DNA of 64,000 nt from Bacteroidales bacterium (GTDB taxonomy: Bacteria > Bacteroidota > Bacteroidia > Bacteroidales > DTGW01). The notes under the pieces were generated by a model. That model was not told the origin of the DNA. It saw nothing but the letters and a program-made list of their open reading frames with translations, and did no database searches. The DNA lies in the NCBI GenBank assembly GCA_035374585.1, contig DAOSPF010000011.1, forward strand, positions 28-64,027, read 5' to 3'. Below, piece after piece: positions 28,294-39,400 of the stretch. Numbering within the stretch: the stretch's first letter is position 1; each line of letters starts with the position of its first letter. The position numbers and the translations under genes were made by a program.

Positions 28294-29238
28294 ATGAATA
28301 CACAAATTACACAATTGTTTGGCATACAATATCCTATTGTACAGGGAGGTATGGTTTGGTGCAGCGGATGGGAGCTCGCTTCAGCCGTAAGCAATGCCGG
28401 AGGTTTGGGGCTTATTGGCTCTGGTTCTATGCAGCCTGAAATATTGCGTGAGCATATTCAAAAAACCAAGGCTGCTACCAGCAAGCCTTTTGGGGTAAAT
28501 GTACCACTGCTATACAGCCAAATAGAGAAAACCATGGATGTCATCATGGAAGAAGGAGTAAAGATTGTATTCACCTCGGCCGGCAACCCCGCAACATGGG
28601 CACAAAAGCTCAAAGACAAAGGAATAAAAGTAGTACATGTAGTATCTAATGTAAAATTTGCCCAAAAATGCCAGGATACAGGCGTTGATGCTATCGTTGC
28701 AGAAGGGGTTGAAGCCGGAGGCCACAATGGCAGAGAAGAAACCACTACCCTGGTGCTGATACCACTGATAAAAAAGCATGTTAATATACCTGTTATTGCT
28801 GCCGGCGGAATAGCTACAGGCCAAGCTATGGCAGCAGCTTTTGCCCTTGGGGCAGAAGGAGTGCAGATGGGCACACGCTTTGCTGCCAGCATAGAATGTT
28901 CTGCCCACGAGGCATTCAAACAACAAATTGTTGCATTATCAGACGGAGGCACATATCTTGCTTTGCGCAAAAAAGCCCCTGTAAGGCTTATCCGCAACGC
29001 TTATGCCAATCGCATAGAGGAAGCTGAAAACAGCGGGCAAAGTTTGGAACAGGTTTTGCAGCTTGTAGGCAAAGGACGTAGCAAACTGGGTATGTTTGAA
29101 GGCGAGCTGAATGAAGGCGAGCTGGAAATAGGACAAGCAGCAGCCTTGATTGATGCTGTACAACCCTGTGATGTGATTATGCAGAACATTATCAGTGAGT
29201 ATAACCAAGCTGTAAAAGGGCTGAAAATACTGGACTAA
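28294..29238 (+). CDS. NAD(P)H-dependent flavin oxidoreductase, nitronate monooxygenase / FabK-like enoyl-ACP reductase II family
   Basis: FGIQYPIVQGGMVWCSGWELASAVSNAGGLGLIG N-terminus, GVEAGGH and VIAAGGIATG motifs. Confidence 0.88.
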   Translation: MNTQITQLFGIQYPIVQGGMVWCSGWELASAVSNAGGLGLIGSGSMQPEILREHIQKTKAATSKPFGVNVPLLYSQIEKTMDVIMEEGVKIVFTSAGNPATWAQKLKDKGIKVVHVVSNVKFAQKCQDTGVDAIVAEGVEAGGHNGREETTTLVLIPLIKKHVNIPVIAAGGIATGQAMAAAFALGAEGVQMGTRFAASIECSAHEAFKQQIVALSDGGTYLALRKKAPVRLIRNAYANRIEEAENSGQSLEQVLQLVGKGRSKLGMFEGELNEGELEIGQAAALIDAVQPCDVIMQNIISEYNQAVKGLKILD

Positions 29239-29295
29239 AATTTTAATAACCCAATTGTATTTTGCACGTAAACTTCTCATATAAAAATTGAAATT

Positions 29296-30849
29296 ATGAA
29301 GAATATCATTGCAACAATCATCATACTTTTTACTTCTTTATCAGGTTCATTAATGGCTAAAGATCCAATTCCTTCGCCAGAAAAAATACGCATTACAAAT
29401 GGCAGTATTTTAGGAAATAATGAAGACGCAAATTATTATACAATCCGATGGAATTATAATAACCTAAATTTAGTGGATTATTACGTGATATATTCTGAAG
29501 ATAAAGTTTCTCCTAATGGATGGAAAGAAGAAGGAAAACAACCAATAAATACAAAAAAAGAATTTCCATTAAACTCATTTAATGGAGAGCAAATCAGTCA
29601 ATATACTGTTGAAGCTGTTGCAAAAGATCAGGCAAATTATGACGATAGTAAAACAAATATGACTAACAGCTATACAGCCCAAAATATTGTTTTAGGCACT
29701 GCCTATAATGCTTGTAATAATGAATTGACTTTTACTTGGAATAGCAATCCTCTTGTAACACCAAGGAGTCAAGTTATAAGATACACTATTGATGGCGTTT
29801 ATGATGAAAAAAAATATTTTTCAGTTACAAATACTGAAAACAAATATATTCTTGCAACTAATAAATTAACACTAAAAAAAGGAGTACAATACAAATTTCA
29901 GCTTGAAATTCTGTACAAGGATGTTGAAGATTATACATACTCAAATATTATTTCTTTTACAATACCAGAAACCGCCAAAACATTTCCAGATTATATCAAC
30001 ATTGACAAGCTGGATGCCAGCAGCGGGAAAGTTGTACTAAACATAAATATTGACCCTAAAAACGAGCTAACAGACTTATGGGTTTTTAGGTCATTATCAA
30101 CCGAACAAACAAAGTCAGATATTATAAAAATCAAGCTTGGTTCTGCTGAATATCCCAGCCTAAACAATGTATCAATAACAGATGATTCAGAACTTGAATT
30201 AAAAACAAGCCAATATAAATACACTGTATCATTACTTAGCTGCGAAAATGTTGTAAAAAGCAGTAGTATCTTCACGCTGCCATTAGAAGACCCGCAAGAA
30301 CGTGAAGGTTCTTTAGACCTTTGGTGGAAACCTATTCAGCCTTCCACCCAATTAGACCATTATGAAATTACAAGGTATAGAAACAATGGCTCATCTACAC
30401 TGGAAACGCCTGCAAATACTGCTATTAATCAAAGAGACTACTTAAACAAAATAAAAGATAAACAACCCGGGGAATTCATTTGCTATACCATTACCGCATA
30501 TATGAATGTGAACTTTGGGACTTCAGTAAGCAATAAGGTATGCTATCAAATAGACGAAATGGTAACTATGCCCAAATACATAGTTATTGGCGAAAATAAC
30601 AAAGCCATTTCTGACTTTACCTTTCCTTCCAATTCTTATACCCCCGAAAAATTTACCATGCGTATTTACGATCGGCTTGGTACAAAATTATTTGAAACAA
30701 CAGACCCCCAAAAAGGATGGAACGGGTGCTATAACAATGGCAATGGGAGCCCTGTACCGGCAGGGGCTTATATATACTCCATTGATTTTACAGGCAATGA
30801 CGGAAAAATAAAACATCAGCAGAACTCATTTATTGTTGTACACAAATAA
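29296..30849 (+). CDS. secreted protein of unknown function with a divergent T9SS type-B (gliding-motility-associated / CHU_C-like) C-terminal sorting domain
   Basis: Signal peptide. C-terminal MRIYDRLGTKLFETTDPQKGWNGCYNNGNGSPVPAGAYIYSIDF...SFIVVHK. Confidence 0.6.
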   Translation: MKNIIATIIILFTSLSGSLMAKDPIPSPEKIRITNGSILGNNEDANYYTIRWNYNNLNLVDYYVIYSEDKVSPNGWKEEGKQPINTKKEFPLNSFNGEQISQYTVEAVAKDQANYDDSKTNMTNSYTAQNIVLGTAYNACNNELTFTWNSNPLVTPRSQVIRYTIDGVYDEKKYFSVTNTENKYILATNKLTLKKGVQYKFQLEILYKDVEDYTYSNIISFTIPETAKTFPDYINIDKLDASSGKVVLNINIDPKNELTDLWVFRSLSTEQTKSDIIKIKLGSAEYPSLNNVSITDDSELELKTSQYKYTVSLLSCENVVKSSSIFTLPLEDPQEREGSLDLWWKPIQPSTQLDHYEITRYRNNGSSTLETPANTAINQRDYLNKIKDKQPGEFICYTITAYMNVNFGTSVSNKVCYQIDEMVTMPKYIVIGENNKAISDFTFPSNSYTPEKFTMRIYDRLGTKLFETTDPQKGWNGCYNNGNGSPVPAGAYIYSIDFTGNDGKIKHQQNSFIVVHK

Positions 30850-30866
30850 GCTATCTTTAACCATAT

Positions 30867-33158
30867 ATGAGCAAACTGACCGATGAAGAAATAAAAGAAA
30901 TAAACGAGCTATACAGGCTTCTTATTACCAATAGCCCCAGATGTAAAGAGGACGAAGAAAAAGCATTGGTTGATAAAGCTTTTCGCATAGCCTTTGATGC
31001 ACACAAAGATATGCGCCGTAGGTCAGGCGAGCCATACATCATACATCCACTTTTAGTAGCCCGTATTGTTTCTGAAGACATCGGACTGGGAGTTAAATCT
31101 ATCATCAGCGCATTACTTCACGATGTAGTAGAAGATACCGAAATTACCCTTGAAGAAATAGAACACACCTTTGGCCCCAAGATTGCTTATATCATTGATG
31201 GACTAACCAAAACCAAAGAGATAGAAAAAAACTCGATTATCCCCGACCTCATTGGCGAAGTATCAGAAGAAGTGCGGTCAAAACAGTTGGACAATTTTAA
31301 AAAGATGCTACTTACCTTATCTGACGATGTAAGGGTTATCTTTATAAAGCTGGCCGACAGGCTGCACAACATGCGTACGCTAAGTTCAATGCCGCGCGAC
31401 AAACAGCTCAAGATTGCCAGCGAAACCATATACCTTTACGCCCCTTTAGCCCATCGACTTGGATTATACTCCATCAAAACTGAGCTGGAAGATCTGAGTT
31501 TGCGTTACCGCAACCCTGAAATATACAACGACCTTCAGCAAAAACGCGAAGAGGCAGTAAAACAACAAGACGAATATATCAAAAACTTCATTGACCCAAT
31601 CAGTAAAAAACTCAAAGACAACCATATTGAATTTGAGATATCAAGCAGGTTCAAATCGGTATATTCCATCTGGAACAAAATCCAGAACAAGAAAGTATCT
31701 TTTGACCAGATATACGACATTTTTGCCATTCGCATAATATTTGCCCCCAGCGCTGATATATCTGAAAAAACACAATGCTGGAACATTTACTCTATCATTA
31801 GCGACTTGTACATGCCCATGCCAGAAAGGCTGCGCGACCATATCACCAAACCAAAATCTAATGGATACGAGGCGTTACACATTACAGTAATGGGGCCACA
31901 AGGCCGATGGATAGAAGTGCAGATACGCACCAAACGAATGGACGAAATTGCCGAACGAGGCCTGGCATCGCATTTCAAATATAAAAACGACAACCAGCAG
32001 GAAAGCGAGCTGGACAAGTGGCTACGCGACATCCGCGAAATGTTGAAAAACCCTGATTCAAATGCACTGGAGTTTATTGAAGAATTCAAACTCAACCTTT
32101 TTTCGTCAGAAATACAGGTTTTTGACCGAAGCGGCAAATTAGTAACCCTGCCCAAAGGTTCTACGGTACTTGACTTTGCGTACTATATCCACTCCAAAAA
32201 CGGTAATACTGCAATGGGCGCTAAGGTAAACCATAAGCTGGTGCCTATCAACCATGTACTTTCAAGTGGCGACCACGTAGAAATCATCAACTCGGATAAA
32301 AACAGGGTTCAACGCGAATGGCTCGACTTTATAGTCACAGCAAGAGCAAAATCGGCCATCAAAAACGTGATGAAAGCCGAAAATCGCAACAGGCTTGAAA
32401 AAGGCAAAAAAATGCTTGAATCAGCTTTTAAACAATGGGGACAATCGCTCAACTCGAAAAGCCTGCGAACTATCCTCGAAGAGTTTAGGATGAGCAATAA
32501 AGAAGAACTTTATAGCAAGATTGGCAGTGAAATCATCCTGTTGGATGACATCCACAAGATTTTTAAAAAAGAATCGTCCAACAAATGGATGAAATACTGG
32601 AAGCTCACCATTGGACGAGCTACAGGAATAAGCCTTGGTTCATCAGACAAACCCCACCCCCCTGTAAAAAAAAGTAATAAATTTTCTAAAGACAATCCTT
32701 TTATCCTTACGGAGAATATTGAAGACAACACCCGCTCGTATATCATTGCCCCATGCTGTACACCTCTTCCCGGCGAAGAAGTAATTGGGTTCCTTAATGT
32801 ACGGGACGAAGTAATCATCCATAAATCAAAATGCCCTAATGCTGTAAAATTGCTGGCCAGCCAAAGCAACAAGATTGTCCCTACCCGTTGGACAACCCAC
32901 AAAATACTATCTTTCCCTGGCAAGATACACATAAAAGGCATAGACAGGCTTGGTATCTACAATGATATTATTTCTACCATCTCAAAAGACCTCAACATCA
33001 ACATACGTTCTATCAACATGTCGAGCAACAACGGCATTTTTGAAGGAGAGATAGAGCTCTATGTCCATAGTATCAACGATATTAATAAACTTACTGTTAC
33101 CATCAATAAAATCAAAGGGGTTGACTTTGTCAAACGTGTTGAGAACATTGAACAATAG
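30867..33158 (+). CDS. rel: bifunctional (p)ppGpp synthetase/hydrolase, RelA/SpoT family
   Basis: HD domain (HDVVEDT), synthetase core, TGS and C-terminal ACT regions, 763 aa. Confidence 0.95.
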   Translation: MSKLTDEEIKEINELYRLLITNSPRCKEDEEKALVDKAFRIAFDAHKDMRRRSGEPYIIHPLLVARIVSEDIGLGVKSIISALLHDVVEDTEITLEEIEHTFGPKIAYIIDGLTKTKEIEKNSIIPDLIGEVSEEVRSKQLDNFKKMLLTLSDDVRVIFIKLADRLHNMRTLSSMPRDKQLKIASETIYLYAPLAHRLGLYSIKTELEDLSLRYRNPEIYNDLQQKREEAVKQQDEYIKNFIDPISKKLKDNHIEFEISSRFKSVYSIWNKIQNKKVSFDQIYDIFAIRIIFAPSADISEKTQCWNIYSIISDLYMPMPERLRDHITKPKSNGYEALHITVMGPQGRWIEVQIRTKRMDEIAERGLASHFKYKNDNQQESELDKWLRDIREMLKNPDSNALEFIEEFKLNLFSSEIQVFDRSGKLVTLPKGSTVLDFAYYIHSKNGNTAMGAKVNHKLVPINHVLSSGDHVEIINSDKNRVQREWLDFIVTARAKSAIKNVMKAENRNRLEKGKKMLESAFKQWGQSLNSKSLRTILEEFRMSNKEELYSKIGSEIILLDDIHKIFKKESSNKWMKYWKLTIGRATGISLGSSDKPHPPVKKSNKFSKDNPFILTENIEDNTRSYIIAPCCTPLPGEEVIGFLNVRDEVIIHKSKCPNAVKLLASQSNKIVPTRWTTHKILSFPGKIHIKGIDRLGIYNDIISTISKDLNINIRSINMSSNNGIFEGEIELYVHSINDINKLTVTINKIKGVDFVKRVENIEQ

Positions 33159-33163
33159 GTAAA

Positions 33164-33970
33164 ATGGGATTGCACTTTCGTAAATTGGGTCAAGGGCAGC
33201 CACTTATCATCTTGCACGGCCTATATGGCAGTTCGGACAACTGGTATAGCATTGCCAAGGTATTTTCAGCTTATTTTACAGTATATACCATAGACTTACG
33301 TAATCATGGGCACTCTGCTCATTATCCTACACATACATACAACGACATGGCCGCTGACATAGTTAATTTTTGTCAGGAGCATAACATTGAAAAAGCAACA
33401 TTTGCAGGGCATTCTATGGGAGGAAAAACAGCAATGTTACTTGCATTGGAGCATCCACAATTAATTGAGAAACTCATTGTTGTAGATATTGCCCCTAAAG
33501 CATACTCGTTGCTATTAGAGCCATCAGAGCATGTATTGCAGCATATTAACATCATGCAGGCTTTTGCAAATGTAGATTTGACAGGACTTACAAAACGAGA
33601 AGAAGTGGATATGCTTTTAGCTGAATACATCGCCGACCCCCCTACCCGACAATTTTTAATGAAGAATCTTGTTAGAAAAGAAAGTGGTTTTCAATGGCAG
33701 TTAAATACAAAAGTTTTAAGAAACTCGCTACCTGAAATAATTAATGGGCCTGACTTTAACAAAATATTATTTGACAAAAGCCAAATTACTTACCCGGTTT
33801 TGTTTGTCAAAGGAGAAAAATCCGGGTATATCAAAGACGAAGATATGATTACTATTCGTAAAATTTTCCCAAAAGCAGAATTATCTGTCATATTCAATGC
33901 CGGGCACTGGCTACATGCCGAGCAACCTCAAAGTTTTATTAACACCCTCAAATATTTTCTTTGTCTATGA
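33164..33970 (+). CDS. alpha/beta hydrolase (YbfF-like esterase)
   Basis: ILHGLYGS oxyanion region, GHSMGG nucleophile elbow, C-terminal GHW. Confidence 0.85.
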   Translation: MGLHFRKLGQGQPLIILHGLYGSSDNWYSIAKVFSAYFTVYTIDLRNHGHSAHYPTHTYNDMAADIVNFCQEHNIEKATFAGHSMGGKTAMLLALEHPQLIEKLIVVDIAPKAYSLLLEPSEHVLQHINIMQAFANVDLTGLTKREEVDMLLAEYIADPPTRQFLMKNLVRKESGFQWQLNTKVLRNSLPEIINGPDFNKILFDKSQITYPVLFVKGEKSGYIKDEDMITIRKIFPKAELSVIFNAGHWLHAEQPQSFINTLKYFLCL

Positions 33971-34338
33971 AAATTTTCGATAAGCTTGCCGATAAAATAA
34001 CATTACGCAAAGCCAATGCATTAGAACTTATTCCTGTAAAGCTTGTCAATGCAAAAGATGAAAACATCATGCCTATAACTTTGCTCGTCCCAAGGTTCAA
34101 CAATCGGTTTCTGACGGGCATTATCAGGCGCCCTGAACACTTCACCGTTCGCCTTGACGAGACCGGCAGCAAAGTATGGCTTTTGATAGATGGTAAACGC
34201 AATGTTTTTGAAATAACACAACACCTCTGCGCTCCCAATGAGCCATCAGACGAATGGTTCCGACGCGTAGCAGAATTTGTTACAAGCCTTTATAAAAAGG
34301 ATTTGGTGAAACTGGAGGTTAAGAAACAGTTTTATTAA
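33961..34338 (+). CDS. PqqD-family (RRE-like) small protein
   Basis: RLDETGSKVWLLIDGKRNVFEITQHL...VAEFVTSLYKKDLV fits the PqqD winged-helix pattern. Overlaps the upstream gene by 10 nt. Confidence 0.55.
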   Translation: MSMKIFDKLADKITLRKANALELIPVKLVNAKDENIMPITLLVPRFNNRFLTGIIRRPEHFTVRLDETGSKVWLLIDGKRNVFEITQHLCAPNEPSDEWFRRVAEFVTSLYKKDLVKLEVKKQFY

Positions 34339-34353
34339 TTTGAGTTGTAATTT

Positions 34354-34440
34354 TTAACCACAAAGAAAACAGGGTTTTACAACGAGCTGTAAAGAAAAAA
34401 AGCATTGTAACACTTTGCTTAAGATAGCTTTGCAGCATCT
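34354..34440. repeat. intergenic repeat family 2, copy 1 (TTAACCACAAAG ... TTTTACA ... GTAACACTTTGC)
   Basis: Alignable with 50977-51056 with similar internal spacing. Lies between convergent genes. Confidence 0.5.
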
Positions 34441-34458
34441 TCAGTTAATTATTACATA

Positions 34459-35625
34459 TTACACAAACTCCCCATCCGGATACAAAAAATTGTCGTAAGG
34501 ATAACGAGTGATATGTATTTCTTTTACTTTGTCATAAAGGGTTTTGCGAAGGTTCTCAATATTGGTTTTATTTTTTGCCGAAATAAATATACAAGGAGCA
34601 TTAACACTGGCAATATAACTATTGTTCAATTCTTCGACACAAAGCGGGTTATCAGGCATGTATGCATCAATCTTGTTAAACACTACATAAGTCAACTTAT
34701 TAGCAGCCCCCAGCTCTTTAAGCGTTTGATTGACCACAGCTAATTGGTCCTCATAAGAAGGATGAGAAATATCTACTACATGTAACAAAATATCAGCTTC
34801 ACGCACTTCGTCCAACGTAGATTTAAAAGACTCGACAAGGTGATGGGGCAATTTTCTAATAAAACCAACAGTATCAGACAACAAAAATGGCAAATTGCCA
34901 ACAACCACCTTACGTACAGTTGTATCAAGTGTAGCAAACAGCTTATTTTCGGCAAATACATCGCTTTTGCTCAAAAGGTTCATTAAGGTTGATTTACCCA
35001 CGTTGGTATAACCTACTAAACATACCCGTACCATCTGACCACGATTTTTGCGCTGAGTAGCCATTTGGGTATCAATCTTTTTGAGCTGTTCTTTAAGTCG
35101 GGCAATACGGTCGCGAATCACGCGGCGGTCAGTTTCAATCTCGGTTTCACCCGGGCCACGCAAACCAATACCCCCACGCTGCCGTTCGAGGTGAGTCCAC
35201 ATCCCAACAAGCCGTGGCAGCAAGTATTGATATTGAGCAAGCTCTACCTGAGTTTTGGCATGCGAAGTACGGGCACGTTTGGCAAATATATCAAGAATAA
35301 GGTTAGTGCGGTCAAGCACCTTACAGTTGGTTTTTTTTTCAATATTTTTAAGCTGTGAAGGGGTAAGCTCATCATCAAAAATAACCAGAGTAATTTCATT
35401 TTCTTTAATAAATTCGGCTATTTCTAAAAGCTTTCCTTCTCCAACAAAAGTGCGGGGATTGGCAACATCGAGCCGCTGAAAAAATTTTTTTACTACCACA
35501 GCTCCGGCAGTATCTGCCAAAAACTCAAGTTCATCAATATATTCCCTGGCTGTGGCTTCATCTTGTTGTGAAGAAATAAGTCCAACCAATACAGCAGTTT
35601 CAGCAGGAGGAGCAAGATTTATCAT
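34459..35625 (-). CDS. hflX: GTPase HflX
   Basis: HflX N-domain, then G-domain motifs GYTNVGKST, DTVGFI and NKID. Confidence 0.95.
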   Translation of the reverse strand: MINLAPPAETAVLVGLISSQQDEATAREYIDELEFLADTAGAVVVKKFFQRLDVANPRTFVGEGKLLEIAEFIKENEITLVIFDDELTPSQLKNIEKKTNCKVLDRTNLILDIFAKRARTSHAKTQVELAQYQYLLPRLVGMWTHLERQRGGIGLRGPGETEIETDRRVIRDRIARLKEQLKKIDTQMATQRKNRGQMVRVCLVGYTNVGKSTLMNLLSKSDVFAENKLFATLDTTVRKVVVGNLPFLLSDTVGFIRKLPHHLVESFKSTLDEVREADILLHVVDISHPSYEDQLAVVNQTLKELGAANKLTYVVFNKIDAYMPDNPLCVEELNNSYIASVNAPCIFISAKNKTNIENLRKTLYDKVKEIHITRYPYDNFLYPDGEFV

Positions 35626-35818
35626 GCAATATTTTTTGGTAAAAATAAGCCGAGTTTAACAGATAATCAAGAATTAAAAAAGCCTCAAAACAAGCACTAT
35701 GTAACTCAAAAAATCAAAATATCTTCTACGTTAATTATCAAACACTTACAATAAAAAAACAACCATTATTAAGTAGCAATGAAGAATAAAAATACTATCT
35801 TAGTAAAAATTTTTTATC

Positions 35819-36400
35819 ATGGGCGTATTACAATCTTTAGTTTTGAAAAACAGAAGTTACAGGCGTTTCAAAGAAGATGAAAACATTTCTTCCGATTTTT
35901 TAAAAGAATTAGTAAGCCTGGCCAGCATTACCCCCTCCGGACGCAATGCCCAGCCACTAAAATATGTACTGATTAATACCCCCGAAACAAACCTAAAGGT
36001 ATTTAACACTTTGTCTTGGGCTGCATACCTTAAAGGTAAAGGGGCTCCGAATGAAGGCGAAAGGCCTTCGGCCTATATTGTAATACTTTTAGACAAGCAC
36101 ATCTCCGAAAACCCTTTTTGTGATCACGGTATTGTAGCACAAACCATGCTATTGGGTGCAGTAGAAAAAGGTTATGGTGGTTGTATGATTATGAATATTA
36201 AAAAAGAAGAGCTAAGCAATATACTTAACCTTCCAGAACACTTTGAAATACTTATGGTCATAGCCCTTGGGAAACCTATAGAACAAGTAGTTTTAGAAAC
36301 AATGCCCCAAGATGGTAATTTCCAATACTGGCGTGACGAACAGCAAGTACACCATGTCCCAAAACGAAGCGTCAATGAACTGATATTGAAAATACAATAA
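35819..36400 (+). CDS. nitroreductase family protein
   Basis: NRSYRRF...PSGRNAQP N-terminal motif and matching size. Confidence 0.85.
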   Translation: MGVLQSLVLKNRSYRRFKEDENISSDFLKELVSLASITPSGRNAQPLKYVLINTPETNLKVFNTLSWAAYLKGKGAPNEGERPSAYIVILLDKHISENPFCDHGIVAQTMLLGAVEKGYGGCMIMNIKKEELSNILNLPEHFEILMVIALGKPIEQVVLETMPQDGNFQYWRDEQQVHHVPKRSVNELILKIQ

Positions 36401-36412
36401 ATACACTATCAA

Positions 36413-39400
36413 ATGAAAATCAACCAACTTGTTTTAAGGGGAATAGCGTTGCTTCTTCTTATCATAGCAGCTACAAGCTTGATAAACAGTCAGACAGGCC
36501 TGCCTTATATTTCTAATTTTACTATAAGTGAAGAGGATCTTACTGAAAATTATTCTTTGGTTCAAGATTCGCAGGGGATTATATTTACTGCCAACCGCAA
36601 AGGAATTTTATCTTTTGACGGAGAGGACTGGCAAATTATTAAAACTCCGGATATGCCAACTGTTTTGGCAATATCTTCAGCTACAAATACCATTTATGTT
36701 GGATGCCGCAATACTGTTGGTTACCTTAGCAAGAACTCATTGGGCAAATATGAGTTTAACAGTTTGTCTGACCATAAAACAGGGTTTGTCAGCCAAATCA
36801 TAGTTCATAACAACAATGTTTACTTTCTAAGTGATTCTCTCCTGCTTTATGTTACAGATAATAGCTTGCCTTCAAAAGTAGTTGTTGCCAACAACCAGGC
36901 CAATAAATTCATGTGCATGATACCCTTTGGTTCGCAATTATTTATAGATATTGCAGGAAAAGGGTTATTTAGTCTAAAAAACAACAAAGCAGATGAGAAG
37001 GTCAAGAATTTTACGCTAAGCGAACAGGTTGTATTTACCATACCCCTTGAAAAAAGCACAATAATAGGGGCTTCGGACAACAAACTCTACTTTTTTGATG
37101 GAAAAAACGTCAGCGCTTTTCGCTCTCAGGCTGACCAAATCCTTTTGCAAGGCACAATTATTGGAGGTAAGAAGGTAACCCAATCGGTAATAGCCATTGC
37201 TACTGCATATGCAGGATGTATTTTTATTGACATCAAAACGGGCAAAACCATCTATACCATCAATACTCAAAATGGTCTGCCAGACGATGCCATTTATGCC
37301 ATTGAAGTTGACCAAAACAATGGGATCTGGCTTACTCATGGATACGGGCTTAGCCGCATTGACATTAACCTTCCTGTCAGAAACTTCAGCCATTACAAAG
37401 GACTCGACGGAAAACTACATGCCATTGCCATGTTTAAAAGTAAGCTTTATATTGGCAGTACAACAGGAGTGCTTGTTTTAAACGAAAAAAAAATATTTGA
37501 CGTTTCAACCCGCCAACAAACAATAAAACCTATTCAGCCGGCAGCATCAGGGTGGGCATCTGATCAACCTCAGGTTTCAGCAGAAAAAAGAGGCTTTTGG
37601 TCAAAACTATTTACCAAAAAAATAAACCCCGAAAATGAAAAACCAACCAACAAACAACCTTTTGCCCGTTCAGAAAAAAGCATTAAAATATTCAAACAAA
37701 TAGCCGAGCGCTATGAATACGAGAAGGTGCAAGGGATAAACTCGCGGTGCAAACAGCTAATCGTTTACAGCAATCACCTGTTGGCTTATACAACAAATGG
37801 GCTTTATGAAATATCAGGCAATAGTGCAACACAAATATTGAGCGGCAACGATATCAATTATCTTATCCCCGTAAATGACGACAAAGCACTATATGTTTGT
37901 ACCGAAAAAGGCATTAAAATTTTGAAAGATGAAAATGGTAAGCTTATTTCTTCAGATTTTGAAATTATGCAAAACCAGCCCGTATATTCTCTTGCAAAAG
38001 ACATGTTCGACAATTACTGGTTTGGATTGGAAAATAAGGTTATTAAGATAAAAGTCAAAAATGGAAAAATAAAAGAAAAAAAGGCCTATAATTTTAACAG
38101 TGATTTTCGCGAAAGAATAATTGTCCGCATTTCTAATAAAAAACCTGTATTCTTTTTATCTGACGGCGTTTATTCCATTTTTAACGATTCTATTCAACCT
38201 AACCTTTCTTTATCAAAATATATCAACAAAGATTCGAAAGTCTATTTTCCTGCAGGAAACCACACATACATCAATAGTAACAACCAATGGATAAAAATTG
38301 AGGAAAATAGAGAGGTTGACAGTACCTCATACCAATATCTGGGCTTATTTTCGAATATAAATCAAATTTGCAGCGACAAAGACAGCAATTTCTGGGTGAT
38401 AGACGAAAGCACCAACGTGTACATGCTGAATGCTAAAGAGATTGAAAAATATAAAACTGACTTTAAGGCTTTTGTGAAAAAATTCTTTAGTAACCTTTCA
38501 GGCCAGGATTTTGCATTAAATAATGTAACATTGGAAAGAAAAGACAATTACCTGAAAATTAAAATCGGGGCTCCATACTACATCAAGAAAGGTACAAATC
38601 AATACCAAATCTATATAGAAAAACTAATGCCAGGATGGAGTGCATGGAGCAACAACTCAGAATTTGACATTCCTTTATCGCCAGGCAAATGGCAAATACA
38701 AGTTCGTGCCAAGAACATCCTTGGAGAAATATCTGAACCCCGCACTATTTCTTTTAATATTAAAAAACCATTTTATAACAGCTGGTGGTTTTATATGCTT
38801 TGCATAGCAGCATTGGTAGGAGTTATTTACCTCATTATTAAATTCCGCGAGCGCCAGTTACAACACGAGAAAGAAGTGCTGGAAGAAAAAGTCCGCGAGC
38901 GAACCCGCGAAATTGAAAAACAAAAAGAAGAAATCGAACTTCAACGAAATAAAATTATAAAAATCAACAACGAAATTATCGATAGTATCCGCTATGCAAA
39001 ACGCATACAAGCAGCAGCATTGCCATCTGATTATATTGAACCTTCATACAAATTGAAGACTTTTGTCTATTACAAGCCTAAAGACATTGTTTCAGGTGAC
39101 TTTTACTGGATAAAACAAAAGAATGACATTGCCATGATAGCTGCAGCAGACTGCACAGGGCACGGAGTGCCAGGAGGGTTTCTCAGCATGCTTGGAATAT
39201 CATTTCTCAATGAACTGGCAGCTATAGAGCAAAAACTTACTGCTGCTGAATATTTAAATATGCTCCGCGTCAAGGTAAAAACAACCCTTTCATCAAAAAT
39301 GGAAGATATAGAAAGCAAAGATGGTATGGACATTGCTTTTTGTATTGTTGATGTAAAAAATAAAAAGTTGCAATATGCCGGGGCAAACAGCCCAATCTAT

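Noticed and set aside
28188-28439. 83-aa plus-strand ORF overlapping the start of the FabK/NMO-like gene
   Set aside because: It is out of frame with a well-supported gene, and its start lies in the AT-rich spacer with no promoter context.
28458-28997. 179-aa and 138-aa minus-strand ORFs inside the FabK/NMO-like gene
   Set aside because: They lie fully antisense to a gene with strong motifs, have no start context, and show Ala/Pro/Ser-biased shadow composition.
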